A stretch of 64,000 nucleotides of DNA from Alphaproteobacteria bacterium (GTDB taxonomy: Bacteria > Pseudomonadota > Alphaproteobacteria > GCA-2746255): positions 151,159 to 215,158 of the forward strand of contig JAGWAR010000001.1 of the NCBI GenBank assembly GCA_021296325.1, given 5' to 3'. The stretch's first letter is position 1, and every line of letters starts with the position of its first letter. A program made the position numbers and the translations under genes. Below the pieces are notes generated by a model, which ran no database searches, had not been told where the DNA came from, and saw nothing but the letters and a program-made list of their open reading frames with translations. Of this stretch, positions 1 through 9,405 are shown piece by piece.

Positions 1-426
<426 letters not shown>

Positions 427-557
427 TCAGGATCGATAAATCCTTAACGTTCAGGGGATTGGTCGGGGGATATATATGTCCTCATCCGGGCGGCGACAAC
501 CGGCGCCGACCGCTTTTTTCGCATACCGTATCCGGCAGGTACGAAAGGGGAACGTTT

Positions 558-1193
558 TCAGGCCTCCGTGTCCACATGGGGCGCGCCGTCGCCTTCCTTG
601 CCGCCCGTCGCCGCCTTCGCCACGCCGACCATGGCCGGACGCAGCAGCCGGTCGTTCAGCGTGTAGCCGATCTGCATGACCTCGACGACGGTGCCGGGGG
701 GCGCCTTTGCCGTTTCGACCTCGAACATGGCCTGATGGAAGTCGTGGTTGAACTTCTCTCCCATGGGATCGATCTTCTGGATGTTGTAGCGGTCCAACGT
801 GGCAAGCAGGTCCCGCTCGGTGATGGCGACGCCTTCGATCAGGGCCTTCAACGCCTCGTCCGACACGCCTGCCAGATCCGGCGTGTTTTCGATGGCACGG
901 TGAAGGTTGTCCGCAACGCTAAGGATGGCACGGGCAAAATCGGCGATCGCGAATTTGCGCGCCTGTTCTTCCTCGCGCTTGGTGCGGGCCCGCAAATTCT
1001 CCATCTCGGCCAGCGTGCGCAGCAACTTATCCTTTGTTTCGGCAAGCTCGCGCGCGAGGGCGGCCTCGGCCACTTCCTCGGTCGGCGTTTCCGCCGCCGG
1101 AGTAGGATCGCCGGTCTGGGCTTCGTTTTCCGTCGCCGGCGGTTCCGGCATTTCGCCTTCCGCCGGCTTTTCGTTTTCGTCCGGTATCGTCAT
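558..1193 (-). CDS. grpE: Nucleotide exchange factor GrpE
   Basis: 211-aa ORF with an acidic N-terminus and the GrpE C-terminal motifs (EMENLRART, KIDPMGEKFNHDFHQAM). ATG confirmed at 1191-1193. Only 20 bp downstream of hrcA. Confidence 0.95.
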   Translation of the reverse strand: MTIPDENEKPAEGEMPEPPATENEAQTGDPTPAAETPTEEVAEAALARELAETKDKLLRTLAEMENLRARTKREEEQARKFAIADFARAILSVADNLHRAIENTPDLAGVSDEALKALIEGVAITERDLLATLDRYNIQKIDPMGEKFNHDFHQAMFEVETAKAPPGTVVEVMQIGYTLNDRLLRPAMVGVAKAATGGKEGDGAPHVDTEA

Positions 1194-1213
1194 CTCACCA
1201 AAATAGATTGTGT

Positions 1214-2269
1214 TTATCCGATAAAGCGCCCGATCAATTGGGCCGTGTAATCTACCATCGGAATGATGCGAGCGTAATTAATCCGTGTCGGTCCGACGAC
1301 GCCGATGGCGCCGACGATCTGCTGACGGCTGTTGCGGAAGGGCGAGACGATCATCGAGCAGCCGGAAAGACCGAAGAGCTCGTTCTCCGAGCCGATGAAG
1401 ATCTGAACGCCCTGCGCCTCTTCCGAAAGCGAGAGCAACCGGTTCAGCATTTCCTTGCGTTCCAGCGCCTCGAACAGCGCGCGGATGCGCTCGATTTCCT
1501 CGACCGCCGTCACGTCCTCAAGCAGGCGCGCCTGTCCGCGCACGATCAAGGACGCGGCCCCATCACCCCCTGACCAGGTGGCAAGCCCTTCGGCGACGAC
1601 GCGAGAGGCCAGCTCGTCGAGTTGGGCGCGGTGTTCGTGGATTTCGGCAAGGATCTCGGTTCGTGCTTCCTGAAGCGTGCGTCCGACGAGTCGCGCGGTC
1701 AGGTAGTTCGTCGCCTCGAGCAGCGTCGAGGACGGCAGGCCCAGTGGCAATTCGATGATGCGGTTTTCGACGATCCCGTCTTCCGTCACGATGACGACCA
1801 GCGCGCGGCGGGGGCCGACCTGAACGAATTCGATGTGCTTGAGCGCACGCTCCGTCTTCGGCGCCACCACCAGGCTGGCGCAGGCAGAAAGGCCGGAAAG
1901 CGCATGGGAAGCTTCTGCCAGCAATTCTTGCATGCTGTGCCCTTCCGGCTTGCACTGGCGTTCGATGTCCTTGCGCTCAAGCTCGCTCAGGCCGCCGATC
2001 TCGAGAATGCCATCGACGAAAAGGCGCAGGCCCGCCTCCGTCGGCAGACGGCCGGCCGAGGTATGGGGCGAATACAGCAGCCCGGCCGTTTCAAGGTCCG
2101 ACATCACGTTACGGACCGTGGCCGGGGATAGGGGCACGCTCAGCATCCGGGCAAGCATCGCCGAGCCTACCGGGGACCCCGTATTGACATAGGCGTCCAC
2201 GACGCAACGGAAGATTTCCCGGCTGCGTTCGCTAAGCTCGACGAACGCCAGATTGCTTCGCTCGGTCAT
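1214..2269 (-). CDS. hrcA: Heat-inducible transcription repressor HrcA
   Basis: ORF matches HrcA along its length (winged-helix N-terminus SERSREIF...TGSPVGS, C-terminal IGVVGPTRINYARIIPMVDY). The ATG at 2269 (MTERSN) is preferred. The ORF track starts at an upstream TTG at 2293. Confidence 0.9.
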   Translation of the reverse strand: MTERSNLAFVELSERSREIFRCVVDAYVNTGSPVGSAMLARMLSVPLSPATVRNVMSDLETAGLLYSPHTSAGRLPTEAGLRLFVDGILEIGGLSELERKDIERQCKPEGHSMQELLAEASHALSGLSACASLVVAPKTERALKHIEFVQVGPRRALVVIVTEDGIVENRIIELPLGLPSSTLLEATNYLTARLVGRTLQEARTEILAEIHEHRAQLDELASRVVAEGLATWSGGDGAASLIVRGQARLLEDVTAVEEIERIRALFEALERKEMLNRLLSLSEEAQGVQIFIGSENELFGLSGCSMIVSPFRNSRQQIVGAIGVVGPTRINYARIIPMVDYTAQLIGRFIG

Positions 2270-2299
2270 GTCCGAAAATGGCTGTTTTCCCAAGCCCCT

Positions 2300-2328
2300 A
2301 ATCTAGTAAGCCTCCTCCAGACCGTCAA
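2300..2328 (-). promoter_or_regulatory. Putative sigma70-type promoter for hrcA-grpE (TTGACG-N17-TAGATT on the minus strand)
   Basis: Read on the minus strand: -35 TTGACG (2323-2328), 17-nt spacer, -10 TAGATT (2300-2305), about 20-30 nt upstream of the hrcA start. No CIRCE inverted repeat was found here. Confidence 0.3.
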
Positions 2329-2431
2329 CGCGCCCCAAGGCCCGGTGCGAGGCTGGACTTCGCCTTCGCTTGCGGGCTAGCTTGGCCACGACCCGCCCCG
2401 AAGCCCGCAATCAAAGAGGAAAGGACGGACC

Positions 2432-3151
2432 ATGCGCCCTTCCGGCCGCGCGCCCGACGCCCTAAGAACCGTCCACCTGGAGACCCGCGTCAGCAAGCAC
2501 GCGGAGGGGTCCTGCCTGTCGCGCTTCGGCGACACCCATGTCCTGTGCACGGCCTCCGTCGAGGAAAAGGTGCCCTTTTTTCTTCGCAATCAGGGCAAGG
2601 GCTGGGTCACCGCCGAATACGGCATGCTGCCCCGTTCCACCAACACGCGAACGGACCGCGAAGCCGCGCGCGGCAAGCAGTCCGGGCGGACGCATGAAAT
2701 CCAGCGGCTGATCGGCCGCAGCCTGCGGGCGGTGACGGACCTGACCCTGCTTGGCGAGCGTCAGGTGCGGATCGACTGCGACGTCCTGCAGGCCGACGGC
2801 GGCACGCGCACGGCGGCGATTACCGGCGCCTATGTCGCCCTTTACCAGGCCTGCGACCTGCTTCTGAAGAACGAAGCGATCGCAACGCTTCCCCTCCGCG
2901 ACCAGGTCGCCGCCATCTCCTGCGGCATCTGGGAAGGCACGCCCGTCCTCGATCTCGACTATGCCGAGGACAGCACCGCCGAAACGGATGCGAATTTCGT
3001 GCTGACCGGTTCCGGCACCATCGTTGAAATCCAGGGCACGGCGGAAGAAACGCCCTTTCAAAAAGAGCAGTTCCTGACGCTGCTGGAACTGGCCGAAAAG
3101 GGAACCAAGGAACTCGTCGAACACCAGCGGCGCACCCTCGGCATCGCCTGA
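2432..3151 (+). CDS. rph: Ribonuclease PH
   Basis: 239-aa ORF with RNase PH motifs ([30 protein letters not shown]). ATG at 2432. Confidence 0.95.
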   Translation: MRPSGRAPDALRTVHLETRVSKHAEGSCLSRFGDTHVLCTASVEEKVPFFLRNQGKGWVTAEYGMLPRSTNTRTDREAARGKQSGRTHEIQRLIGRSLRAVTDLTLLGERQVRIDCDVLQADGGTRTAAITGAYVALYQACDLLLKNEAIATLPLRDQVAAISCGIWEGTPVLDLDYAEDSTAETDANFVLTGSGTIVEIQGTAEETPFQKEQFLTLLELAEKGTKELVEHQRRTLGIA

Positions 3152-3154
3152 ACC

Positions 3155-3754
3155 ATGGCCAGGCCGTTCGCCGAAGAAGCATTGGTGCTGGCCAGCCACA
3201 ACCCGGGCAAGGCGCGCGAGATCGCCGACCTGCTTGAGCCGTTCAAGGTGGCCGTGCGTTCCGTAAGCGAATTCGACCTCAAGGCGCCGGCGGAAACCGG
3301 CGTCACCTTTTCCCAGAACGCCGAATTGAAAGCAAAGACGGCGGCCGAGGCCACCGGCCTTGTCGCCCTGGCCGACGATTCCGGCCTTGCCGTTTCCGCC
3401 CTGGCTGGCCGGCCCGGCATTCGCTCGGCCCGCTGGGCCGGTCCCAACCAGGATTTCAACAGCGCCATGCACCGCGTGCACGAGATGATGGAAGGCCATC
3501 CGGACGACAGCGCCCGTTTCGTTTGCGCGCTGGCCCTTTGCTGGCCGGACGGTCATTGCGAAACCTTCGAGGGTACGGTTGAAGGCCAAATCGTCTGGCC
3601 GCCGCGCGGCAGTCTGGGCTTCGGCTACGATCCTATTTTCGTGCCCGAGGGCCACGCGATCACCTTCGGCGAAATGGCGCCGGAGGAAAAACACAAGATC
3701 AGCCACCGGGCGGACGCTTTTCGAAAACTGATCGACGCCTGTTTTGTGAAATAG
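3155..3754 (+). CDS. rdgB: Non-canonical purine NTP pyrophosphatase (RdgB/HAM1 family)
   Basis: 199-aa ORF with [20 protein letters not shown] and HRADAF motifs. It lies 3 bp after rph, the conserved rph-rdgB pair. Confidence 0.9.
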   Translation: MARPFAEEALVLASHNPGKAREIADLLEPFKVAVRSVSEFDLKAPAETGVTFSQNAELKAKTAAEATGLVALADDSGLAVSALAGRPGIRSARWAGPNQDFNSAMHRVHEMMEGHPDDSARFVCALALCWPDGHCETFEGTVEGQIVWPPRGSLGFGYDPIFVPEGHAITFGEMAPEEKHKISHRADAFRKLIDACFVK

Positions 3755-3761
3755 GGAATCG

Positions 3762-4952
3762 ATGCCGACTGCATCCGAAAAGGAACGAGAGGAAGCCGGG
3801 CTTGCTCTTTACGTGCACTGGCCGTTTTGCCTTTCGAAATGCCCTTACTGCGATTTCAACAGCCACGTGCGGGAGGGGGTCGCGCCCGAGCGTTGGGAGC
3901 GCGCGCTCCTTGCTGCCCTTGACCGCGCCGCCGCCGATACGCCGGGGCGGCAGCTGACTTCTCTTTTCTTTGGCGGCGGCACGCCGTCGCTGATGGCGCC
4001 TTTAACGGTGGCCCGCCTGATCGAACGCGCCAAGGCCCACTGGCCCGCGGGCGAGGACCCGGAAATCACGCTGGAGGCGAACCCAACCTCGGTGGAAGCC
4101 GGACGCTTCAAGGCCTTTGCCGAAGCCGGCGTCAACCGGCTTTCGCTCGGCATTCAGGCATTGCGGGATCCAGCCCTGCGTTTCCTTGGCCGCGAGCACA
4201 GCGTGCGGGAGGCGCTGGCGGCGCTGGACATCGCCAAGGCCGCCTTCGGCCGGGTTTCCTTCGACCTGATCTACGCGCGCCCGGACCAGACCCCTGCCGA
4301 CTGGCGGACGGAACTGGAAGAGGCGCTGGCGCTCGCGGGCGGACATTTCTCGGTCTATCAACTCACCATCGAGCCCGGCACCGCCTTCTTCCAGCAGCAC
4401 CGCGCGGGCGCGCTGGCCACGCCGGACGCGACAACCGGGGCAAGGCTTTACGAGACGACCCAGGCTGTGGCGGAAGCCGCCGGCTTCTCGGCCTACGAGA
4501 TTTCCAACCACGCCAAGCCGGGCGAGGAATGCCGCCACAACCTCGCCTATTGGCGGGGCGAGGAATATATCGGCATCGGCCCCGGCGCCCATGGCCGTGT
4601 CGGCGGACGAACGCCCCCGGAGGCGCGCCGGAGCCGTCAGGAAATCCGCCTTCCCGAGCGCTGGCTCGCCGCCATCGAACGGCAGGGCCACGCCATCGAG
4701 GCGGAGGCCATTCTTACGCCGGAAGACCGGCTGGCCGAATTTACGATGATGGCGCTGCGCCTGCGCGACGGCATGACGCGCACCGGCCTGCGCCGTAAGC
4801 TTGGCCTCGAGATCGAGACGGCCTTTCCGACCGGCGTGCTTTCGGCCTTGATCGTCGGCGACTTTCTGGTTCTGGATGACCGGGGATTGCGAATGACGGC
4901 GAAGGGGCGCCTGCGGCTGGATGCGATCCTGCCGCGGCTTCTGGGAGATTAG
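3762..4952 (+). CDS. hemW: Radical SAM heme chaperone HemW (HemN-like, oxygen-independent coproporphyrinogen oxidase family)
   Basis: 396-aa ORF with the CxxxCxxC radical-SAM motif (CLSKCPYCDF) and HemN-like core. The rph-rdgB-hemW order is conserved. Confidence 0.9.
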   Translation: MPTASEKEREEAGLALYVHWPFCLSKCPYCDFNSHVREGVAPERWERALLAALDRAAADTPGRQLTSLFFGGGTPSLMAPLTVARLIERAKAHWPAGEDPEITLEANPTSVEAGRFKAFAEAGVNRLSLGIQALRDPALRFLGREHSVREALAALDIAKAAFGRVSFDLIYARPDQTPADWRTELEEALALAGGHFSVYQLTIEPGTAFFQQHRAGALATPDATTGARLYETTQAVAEAAGFSAYEISNHAKPGEECRHNLAYWRGEEYIGIGPGAHGRVGGRTPPEARRSRQEIRLPERWLAAIERQGHAIEAEAILTPEDRLAEFTMMALRLRDGMTRTGLRRKLGLEIETAFPTGVLSALIVGDFLVLDDRGLRMTAKGRLRLDAILPRLLGD

Positions 4953-6410
4953 TTAGCTGCCGCTGAAATTCGTCGGCGCCGGGCTTACGACCCTGGGGCC
5001 GCGCCGGCCTACCGCCAGCACGGCAAGCCCGCGTTCCACCAGGCCATCTCCGTGAAAGCGGAAGACGCCGTCCACGCCGGCAAAGCCGCCGCGAACGGTA
5101 AGCGAAAAATCGTCCAGCGTCGCGCCCGTGCCGACGAGAACCGCGGCAAGGGCGGTGGCGTCATAGGCAAGGCTTGCAAGGCGCAACGGCGACGCGCCGA
5201 AGCGTTCCTTGTAACGGCGGACGAAGCGCTCCCACTCTCTTGGTTCCGATGTCGCGTACCAGCCGTTCAGAAGCGCCGGCTCCGTTCCAATCGTCGAATC
5301 GTCCCACTGGCCCGTGCCGAGGAAGCGCACACGCTTCGGGTCGATGTCGTAATAGGAAAGCAGCGGCGCGATGCCCTTCAACCGGTCACCGCCTTCCGGC
5401 AACAGGATGGCATCAAAGTCAACATCGCCAAGCGTATCCTGACCTTCGAGTCCTTCCAGTTCCAATTTTGAAATCTCGTCGCTCATCAGTTCCAGTTCGG
5501 CCCGGTGCTGCTCCAGCGCTTCCTTGCGCAAATCGTAATCGGCAAGGTCGCGCACGATGGCCGAAAGCTTTTCCGTGTCCATCGCGGAAGCCGTGTCGTA
5601 AAAGGCAACCCGCGTAACGACGCCTTCGCGTTTTTCGACCGCCTGCTTCAACGCCTCGACCACCGTGTAACCATAGGCATCCTGCGGCGCCAGGATGGCG
5701 AAACGCATGAGTCCCTGATTGCGCGCGAAGGCGATGACGCGTTCGACCTGAGTACGCGGAAGAAATCCCATGGGGTATTTCCCGCGACCGGCCACGTTGC
5801 GGTCGGTCGAAAAGGCGACGACCCGGATGTTGCGTGCGCGTGCGCCTTCGGCGATCGCCGAGACGGAAGTGGAAAGCAGCGGACCAAGGATCAGGGCCAC
5901 GTCGCTGTCATAGGCAGCAGCAGCGGCTTCGGCTGCACCGGTCGGCGTTCCTTTCGTATCGAAGGGCAACAGCGCGAAATTTGGTCCCGCCAGATCGAAG
6001 AGCGCCAACTCGGCCGCCCGCAACATGGATTTGCCGAGCGCGGCGTTCGAACCCGATAGTGGCAGCAGAATGGCGATGCGCGTGCGTTTCGAATCGACCG
6101 GCATTTTCTGCACCCGGCGTTCGACCCCCGCCCGTGGAGACGAGCGGTTGAGCGAAGCAATCGCCGTCGTCGTTTCGCGAAGCGAGGCATCCTCGCCGCG
6201 AGTCCGGTCATATTCGCTTGGAATGGGAAGCGGGGATTCCCGAACCGGGGTCGAAGGCGCGCTTTGGGGCGGCGGCGCCTCTTGCGTCCGTGGAGACCTC
6301 GACGATACGCTGCTGGAACACCCCGCCAACAGGACGAGCGCAAGCGCAAGGCATGCCCAAACCAAGGAACGCGACCAGCCAGAAACCGGGACGGCGGAAA
6401 CGCGGTGCAC
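4953..6410 (-). CDS. lpoA: LpoA-like penicillin-binding-protein activator lipoprotein (periplasmic-binding-protein fold)
   Basis: 485-aa ORF with a GTG start and a signal peptide with lipobox LLAGC. The Pro/Ser-rich linker is followed by a PBP type-1 fold (ILLPLSG...ALGKSM). It is divergent from rsmI, as in the E. coli yraL/yraM arrangement. Confidence 0.75.
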   Translation of the reverse strand: MHRVSAVPVSGWSRSLVWACLALALVLLAGCSSSVSSRSPRTQEAPPPQSAPSTPVRESPLPIPSEYDRTRGEDASLRETTTAIASLNRSSPRAGVERRVQKMPVDSKRTRIAILLPLSGSNAALGKSMLRAAELALFDLAGPNFALLPFDTKGTPTGAAEAAAAAYDSDVALILGPLLSTSVSAIAEGARARNIRVVAFSTDRNVAGRGKYPMGFLPRTQVERVIAFARNQGLMRFAILAPQDAYGYTVVEALKQAVEKREGVVTRVAFYDTASAMDTEKLSAIVRDLADYDLRKEALEQHRAELELMSDEISKLELEGLEGQDTLGDVDFDAILLPEGGDRLKGIAPLLSYYDIDPKRVRFLGTGQWDDSTIGTEPALLNGWYATSEPREWERFVRRYKERFGASPLRLASLAYDATALAAVLVGTGATLDDFSLTVRGGFAGVDGVFRFHGDGLVERGLAVLAVGRRGPRVVSPAPTNFSGS

Positions 6411-6490
6411 GGAAAACCTCCGAAAAGCATCCGGAACGAACCGCCAAGGCTAGCGATTGGCCTTCCGGAAGTAAACGGGGTGGCCTCGTT

Positions 6491-7315
6491 TTGGTCGCAA
6501 CCCCCATCGGCAATCTGGCGGACATGACCGCCCGCGCCGTCGAGACCCTGTGCGAGGCCGACGGCATTGTCTGCGAGGATTCGCGGGTCACCCGCAAACT
6601 GCTCAACCGGTACGGGATCGAAGGCAGGCTCACCCCCTATCACGAGCACAACGCCGAAAAGGCGCGCCCGGCCCTGATGCGGAGGCTCGAAGCCGGGGAA
6701 AGCCTGGCGCTGGTTTCGGACGCCGGCACGCCGCTGGTGTCGGATCCGGGCTACAAGCTGGTCCGCGCCGTCATCGAAGCCGGCCTTTCCCTGACCTTCC
6801 TGCCTGGGCCCTCGGCGCCGATCGCGGGTCTTGTTCTGTCCGGTCTGCCGCCGGACCGCTTTTTCTTCGGCGGCTTCCTGCCCGTCAAGGCGGAAGCGAA
6901 AAGCCGCGAGATCGAAAAACTCGCCACGCTTCCGGCGACGCTGGTCTTCTTTGAATCCCCGAAACGCCTGGCCGCGACCTTGCGCGCCTTCGCCGAACGG
7001 TTCGGAGCGCGGCAAGCGGCGGTCGTCCGGGAAGCGACGAAGCTCCATGAAGAAGTGCGGCGGGGGCCGCTTGCAACGCTGGCCGAGTTTTACGAAGCGT
7101 CGGGCGCACCAAAGGGCGAGGTCGTGCTTGTCATCGGACCGCCGGACGCGGACGCGGCGCACGTTCCGGACGACGCCTGCCGGGAATTGCTGCGCGACGC
7201 GCTGCAGGGGATGAGCCTGCGCGACGCTACCGACGCCGTTACCGCCCAGACGGGCCGGAAACGCCGCGAGGTTTATGCGCTTGCCCTCGCGCTTGGCAAG
7301 GAAACGCGGGCGTGA
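6491..7315 (+). CDS. rsmI: 16S rRNA (cytidine1402-2'-O)-methyltransferase RsmI
   Basis: Strong match to RsmI from LVLVATPIGNLADMT...VSDAGTP...DPG. The start is uncertain. The only in-frame canonical start after the divergent lpoA start is the TTG at 6491. The ORF track's start at 6218 overlaps lpoA. Confidence 0.8.
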   Translation: MVATPIGNLADMTARAVETLCEADGIVCEDSRVTRKLLNRYGIEGRLTPYHEHNAEKARPALMRRLEAGESLALVSDAGTPLVSDPGYKLVRAVIEAGLSLTFLPGPSAPIAGLVLSGLPPDRFFFGGFLPVKAEAKSREIEKLATLPATLVFFESPKRLAATLRAFAERFGARQAAVVREATKLHEEVRRGPLATLAEFYEASGAPKGEVVLVIGPPDADAAHVPDDACRELLRDALQGMSLRDATDAVTAQTGRKRREVYALALALGKETRA

Positions 7316-7707
7316 ACGGAAAAAAGGCGCGGGCGGGACGGGGAAAAGAGGCCGAGCGCTACGGACGTTTTGCGGAAGGCGTGTGCGTCGGCATCCTGTT
7401 GTGCAAGGGCTACCACATCCTGGCGCGGCGCCATCGCACGCCGGTGGGCGAAATCGACGTCGTGGCGAAGCGGGGCCCAACCGTCGTCTTTGTCGAGATC
7501 AAGGCCAGGAAAAATCAGGAAAGCGCCGGTGAGGCGATCACTCAACGGCAACAAAGCCGGATTCTGCGCGCCGCCGAGCATTTTCTGGGCGCGCGCCCGG
7601 AACTGGCAAAGGCCGACATCCGTTTCGATGCCATGCTGGTCGGGCATCGCACCCTGCCGCATCACGTGAAGGACGCTTGGCGGAGGGGCTTCGATGGCGT
7701 TAGATAG
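7312..7707 (+). CDS. yraN: YraN family (UPF0102) endonuclease
   Basis: 131-aa ORF with the YraN core (GYHILARRHRTPVGEIDVVAKRG...VFVEIKAR). Its GTG start overlaps the rsmI stop by 4 nt. Confidence 0.8.
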   Translation: MNGKKARAGRGKEAERYGRFAEGVCVGILLCKGYHILARRHRTPVGEIDVVAKRGPTVVFVEIKARKNQESAGEAITQRQQSRILRAAEHFLGARPELAKADIRFDAMLVGHRTLPHHVKDAWRRGFDGVR

Positions 7708-8338
7708 GCAAGGCATGTTCGCTTCGTGTTCGCGCTATTTTCATTTTGCCTTTCCGTTCGCACTTCTTTTATGGGTCGGCGTGCTTTCCGGCTGTTCCGT
7801 CGCCGGAATGGCGATCGGCGCCGGGGCCGGCACGGCCGTCGCCGCCTCGGAAGAACGCGGCCTCGGCGAGGCAATCAGCGACACGACCATTCGAACGAAA
7901 ATCAATTACGAATTGTTGGACAAGGATCTGGGTCTGTTTCGCCGCGTCAGCACCAGCGTGCATGAAGGCCGCGTGCTTTTGATGGGAATCGTTCCAACCG
8001 ACGACGCGATGACAAGCGCCGTCAAGATTACCTGGCAGGTGGAAGGCGTGCGCGAAGTGATCAACGAAATGCGCGTGGCGCCAGACACGGAATTCACGGA
8101 CAGCGTGCGCGACAGTTGGATCACCGCAAAGCTTCGCACGCGAATCATGCTGGACAAGCAAGTGGATGCAATCAATTACTCGATCGAAACCATTGACCGG
8201 GTGATTTACCTTCTGGGTATTGCCCAGAACCAGGAAGAACTGGACCGTGTCATCCGGACCGCCCGCGACATCGAATATGTGGAAAAGATCGTAAGCCACG
8301 TGCTTCTGAAGAACGATCCGAGGCGGAAGGCAACGTAA
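7694..8338 (+). CDS. BON-domain lipoprotein (OsmY/YraP-like)
   Basis: 214-aa ORF with a signal peptide plus lipobox (LSGCS) and two BON-like segments. It follows yraN as yraP does in E. coli. The start could instead be the internal M at 7715. Confidence 0.75.
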   Translation: MALDRQGMFASCSRYFHFAFPFALLLWVGVLSGCSVAGMAIGAGAGTAVAASEERGLGEAISDTTIRTKINYELLDKDLGLFRRVSTSVHEGRVLLMGIVPTDDAMTSAVKITWQVEGVREVINEMRVAPDTEFTDSVRDSWITAKLRTRIMLDKQVDAINYSIETIDRVIYLLGIAQNQEELDRVIRTARDIEYVEKIVSHVLLKNDPRRKAT

Positions 8339-8410
8339 ACGCCGCTTGGGCTGGTGCGGACTTCCATTCTTTCCTATCCTTTCCCTCCCTGAACGAAACC
8401 CGGGCCCGTC

Positions 8411-9379
8411 ATGAGCCTCGCCGTCGCCATCCAGATGGATCCCATGGAAGGGATCAACATCGAAACGGACAGCACGTTTGCGCTGGCGCTGGAAGCCGAA
8501 CGGCGCGGGCACGCCCTTTTTCATTATTTGCCGCAGGACTTGGCCTTCCGCCACGGCCGGGTGTTTGCGAGGGTGCGGCCGATGAACGTGCGGGAGAAAA
8601 AGGGCGATCACTTCACCTTCGGCACGGCCCAGTCGATCGACCTTGCCACGCTCGACATCGTGCTGATGCGCCAGGATCCACCATTCGACATGGCCTACAT
8701 CACGGCGACGCATCTGCTTGAACATCTGATGGAAACGACGCTGGTCGTGAACAATCCGATCGAGGTCAGAAACGCGCCGGAAAAATTGTTTGTCACCCAC
8801 TTCGCCGAACTGATGCCGCCCACGTTAATTACATCGGACCGGCAGGAAATTCTCGCCTTCCGGAAAGAACATGGCGACATCGTGTTGAAGCCGCTGTTCG
8901 GCAATGGCGGGCGCGGCGTTTTTCACGTGGGTCCGGGCGACGAAAACCTGAACGCGCTGCTGGAACTGTTTACCGAGCTTTATCGCGAGCCGATCGTCGT
9001 GCAGCGCTACCTTCCGGAAGTGCGAAACGGCGACAAGCGAATCGTGTTGGTCGATGGTACGGTCGTTGGCGCGATTAACCGCGTGCCGGCGGCGGGTGAG
9101 GCACGGTCGAACCTGCACGTCGGCGGCAAGGCGGAAAAGGCACAGTTGAACGACCACGACCGCCTCATTTGCGAATCGATCGGCGAGACGTTGCGGGAAC
9201 GCGGCCTTCTTTTTGTTGGCATCGACGTCATCGGGAAATGGATTACCGAGATCAATGTAACGTCGCCGACCGGCATTCGCGAGATCGGCCGCTTCGATAA
9301 TATTTCCGTCGAAGCAAAAATCTGGGATGCGATCGAAACCCGGCACGCCGCCATGCACGGCGAGGAGCGAAGAAAATAA
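8411..9379 (+). CDS. gshB: Glutathione synthetase
   Basis: 322-aa ORF with a prokaryotic GshB ATP-grasp fold ([27 protein letters not shown]). ATG at 8411. Confidence 0.95.
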   Translation: MSLAVAIQMDPMEGINIETDSTFALALEAERRGHALFHYLPQDLAFRHGRVFARVRPMNVREKKGDHFTFGTAQSIDLATLDIVLMRQDPPFDMAYITATHLLEHLMETTLVVNNPIEVRNAPEKLFVTHFAELMPPTLITSDRQEILAFRKEHGDIVLKPLFGNGGRGVFHVGPGDENLNALLELFTELYREPIVVQRYLPEVRNGDKRIVLVDGTVVGAINRVPAAGEARSNLHVGGKAEKAQLNDHDRLICESIGETLRERGLLFVGIDVIGKWITEINVTSPTGIREIGRFDNISVEAKIWDAIETRHAAMHGEERRK

Positions 9380-9405
9380 GCGGCGAAAACGGCAAGACGG
9401 GGGGA

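Noticed and set aside
2294-2431. CIRCE (TTAGCACTC-N9-GAGTGCTAA) operator expected near hrcA-grpE-dnaK
   Set aside because: No match to either half-site in the hrcA upstream region or the grpE-dnaK gap (346-557). Only a sigma70-like promoter is visible. CIRCE is probably confined to groESL, which lies outside this window.
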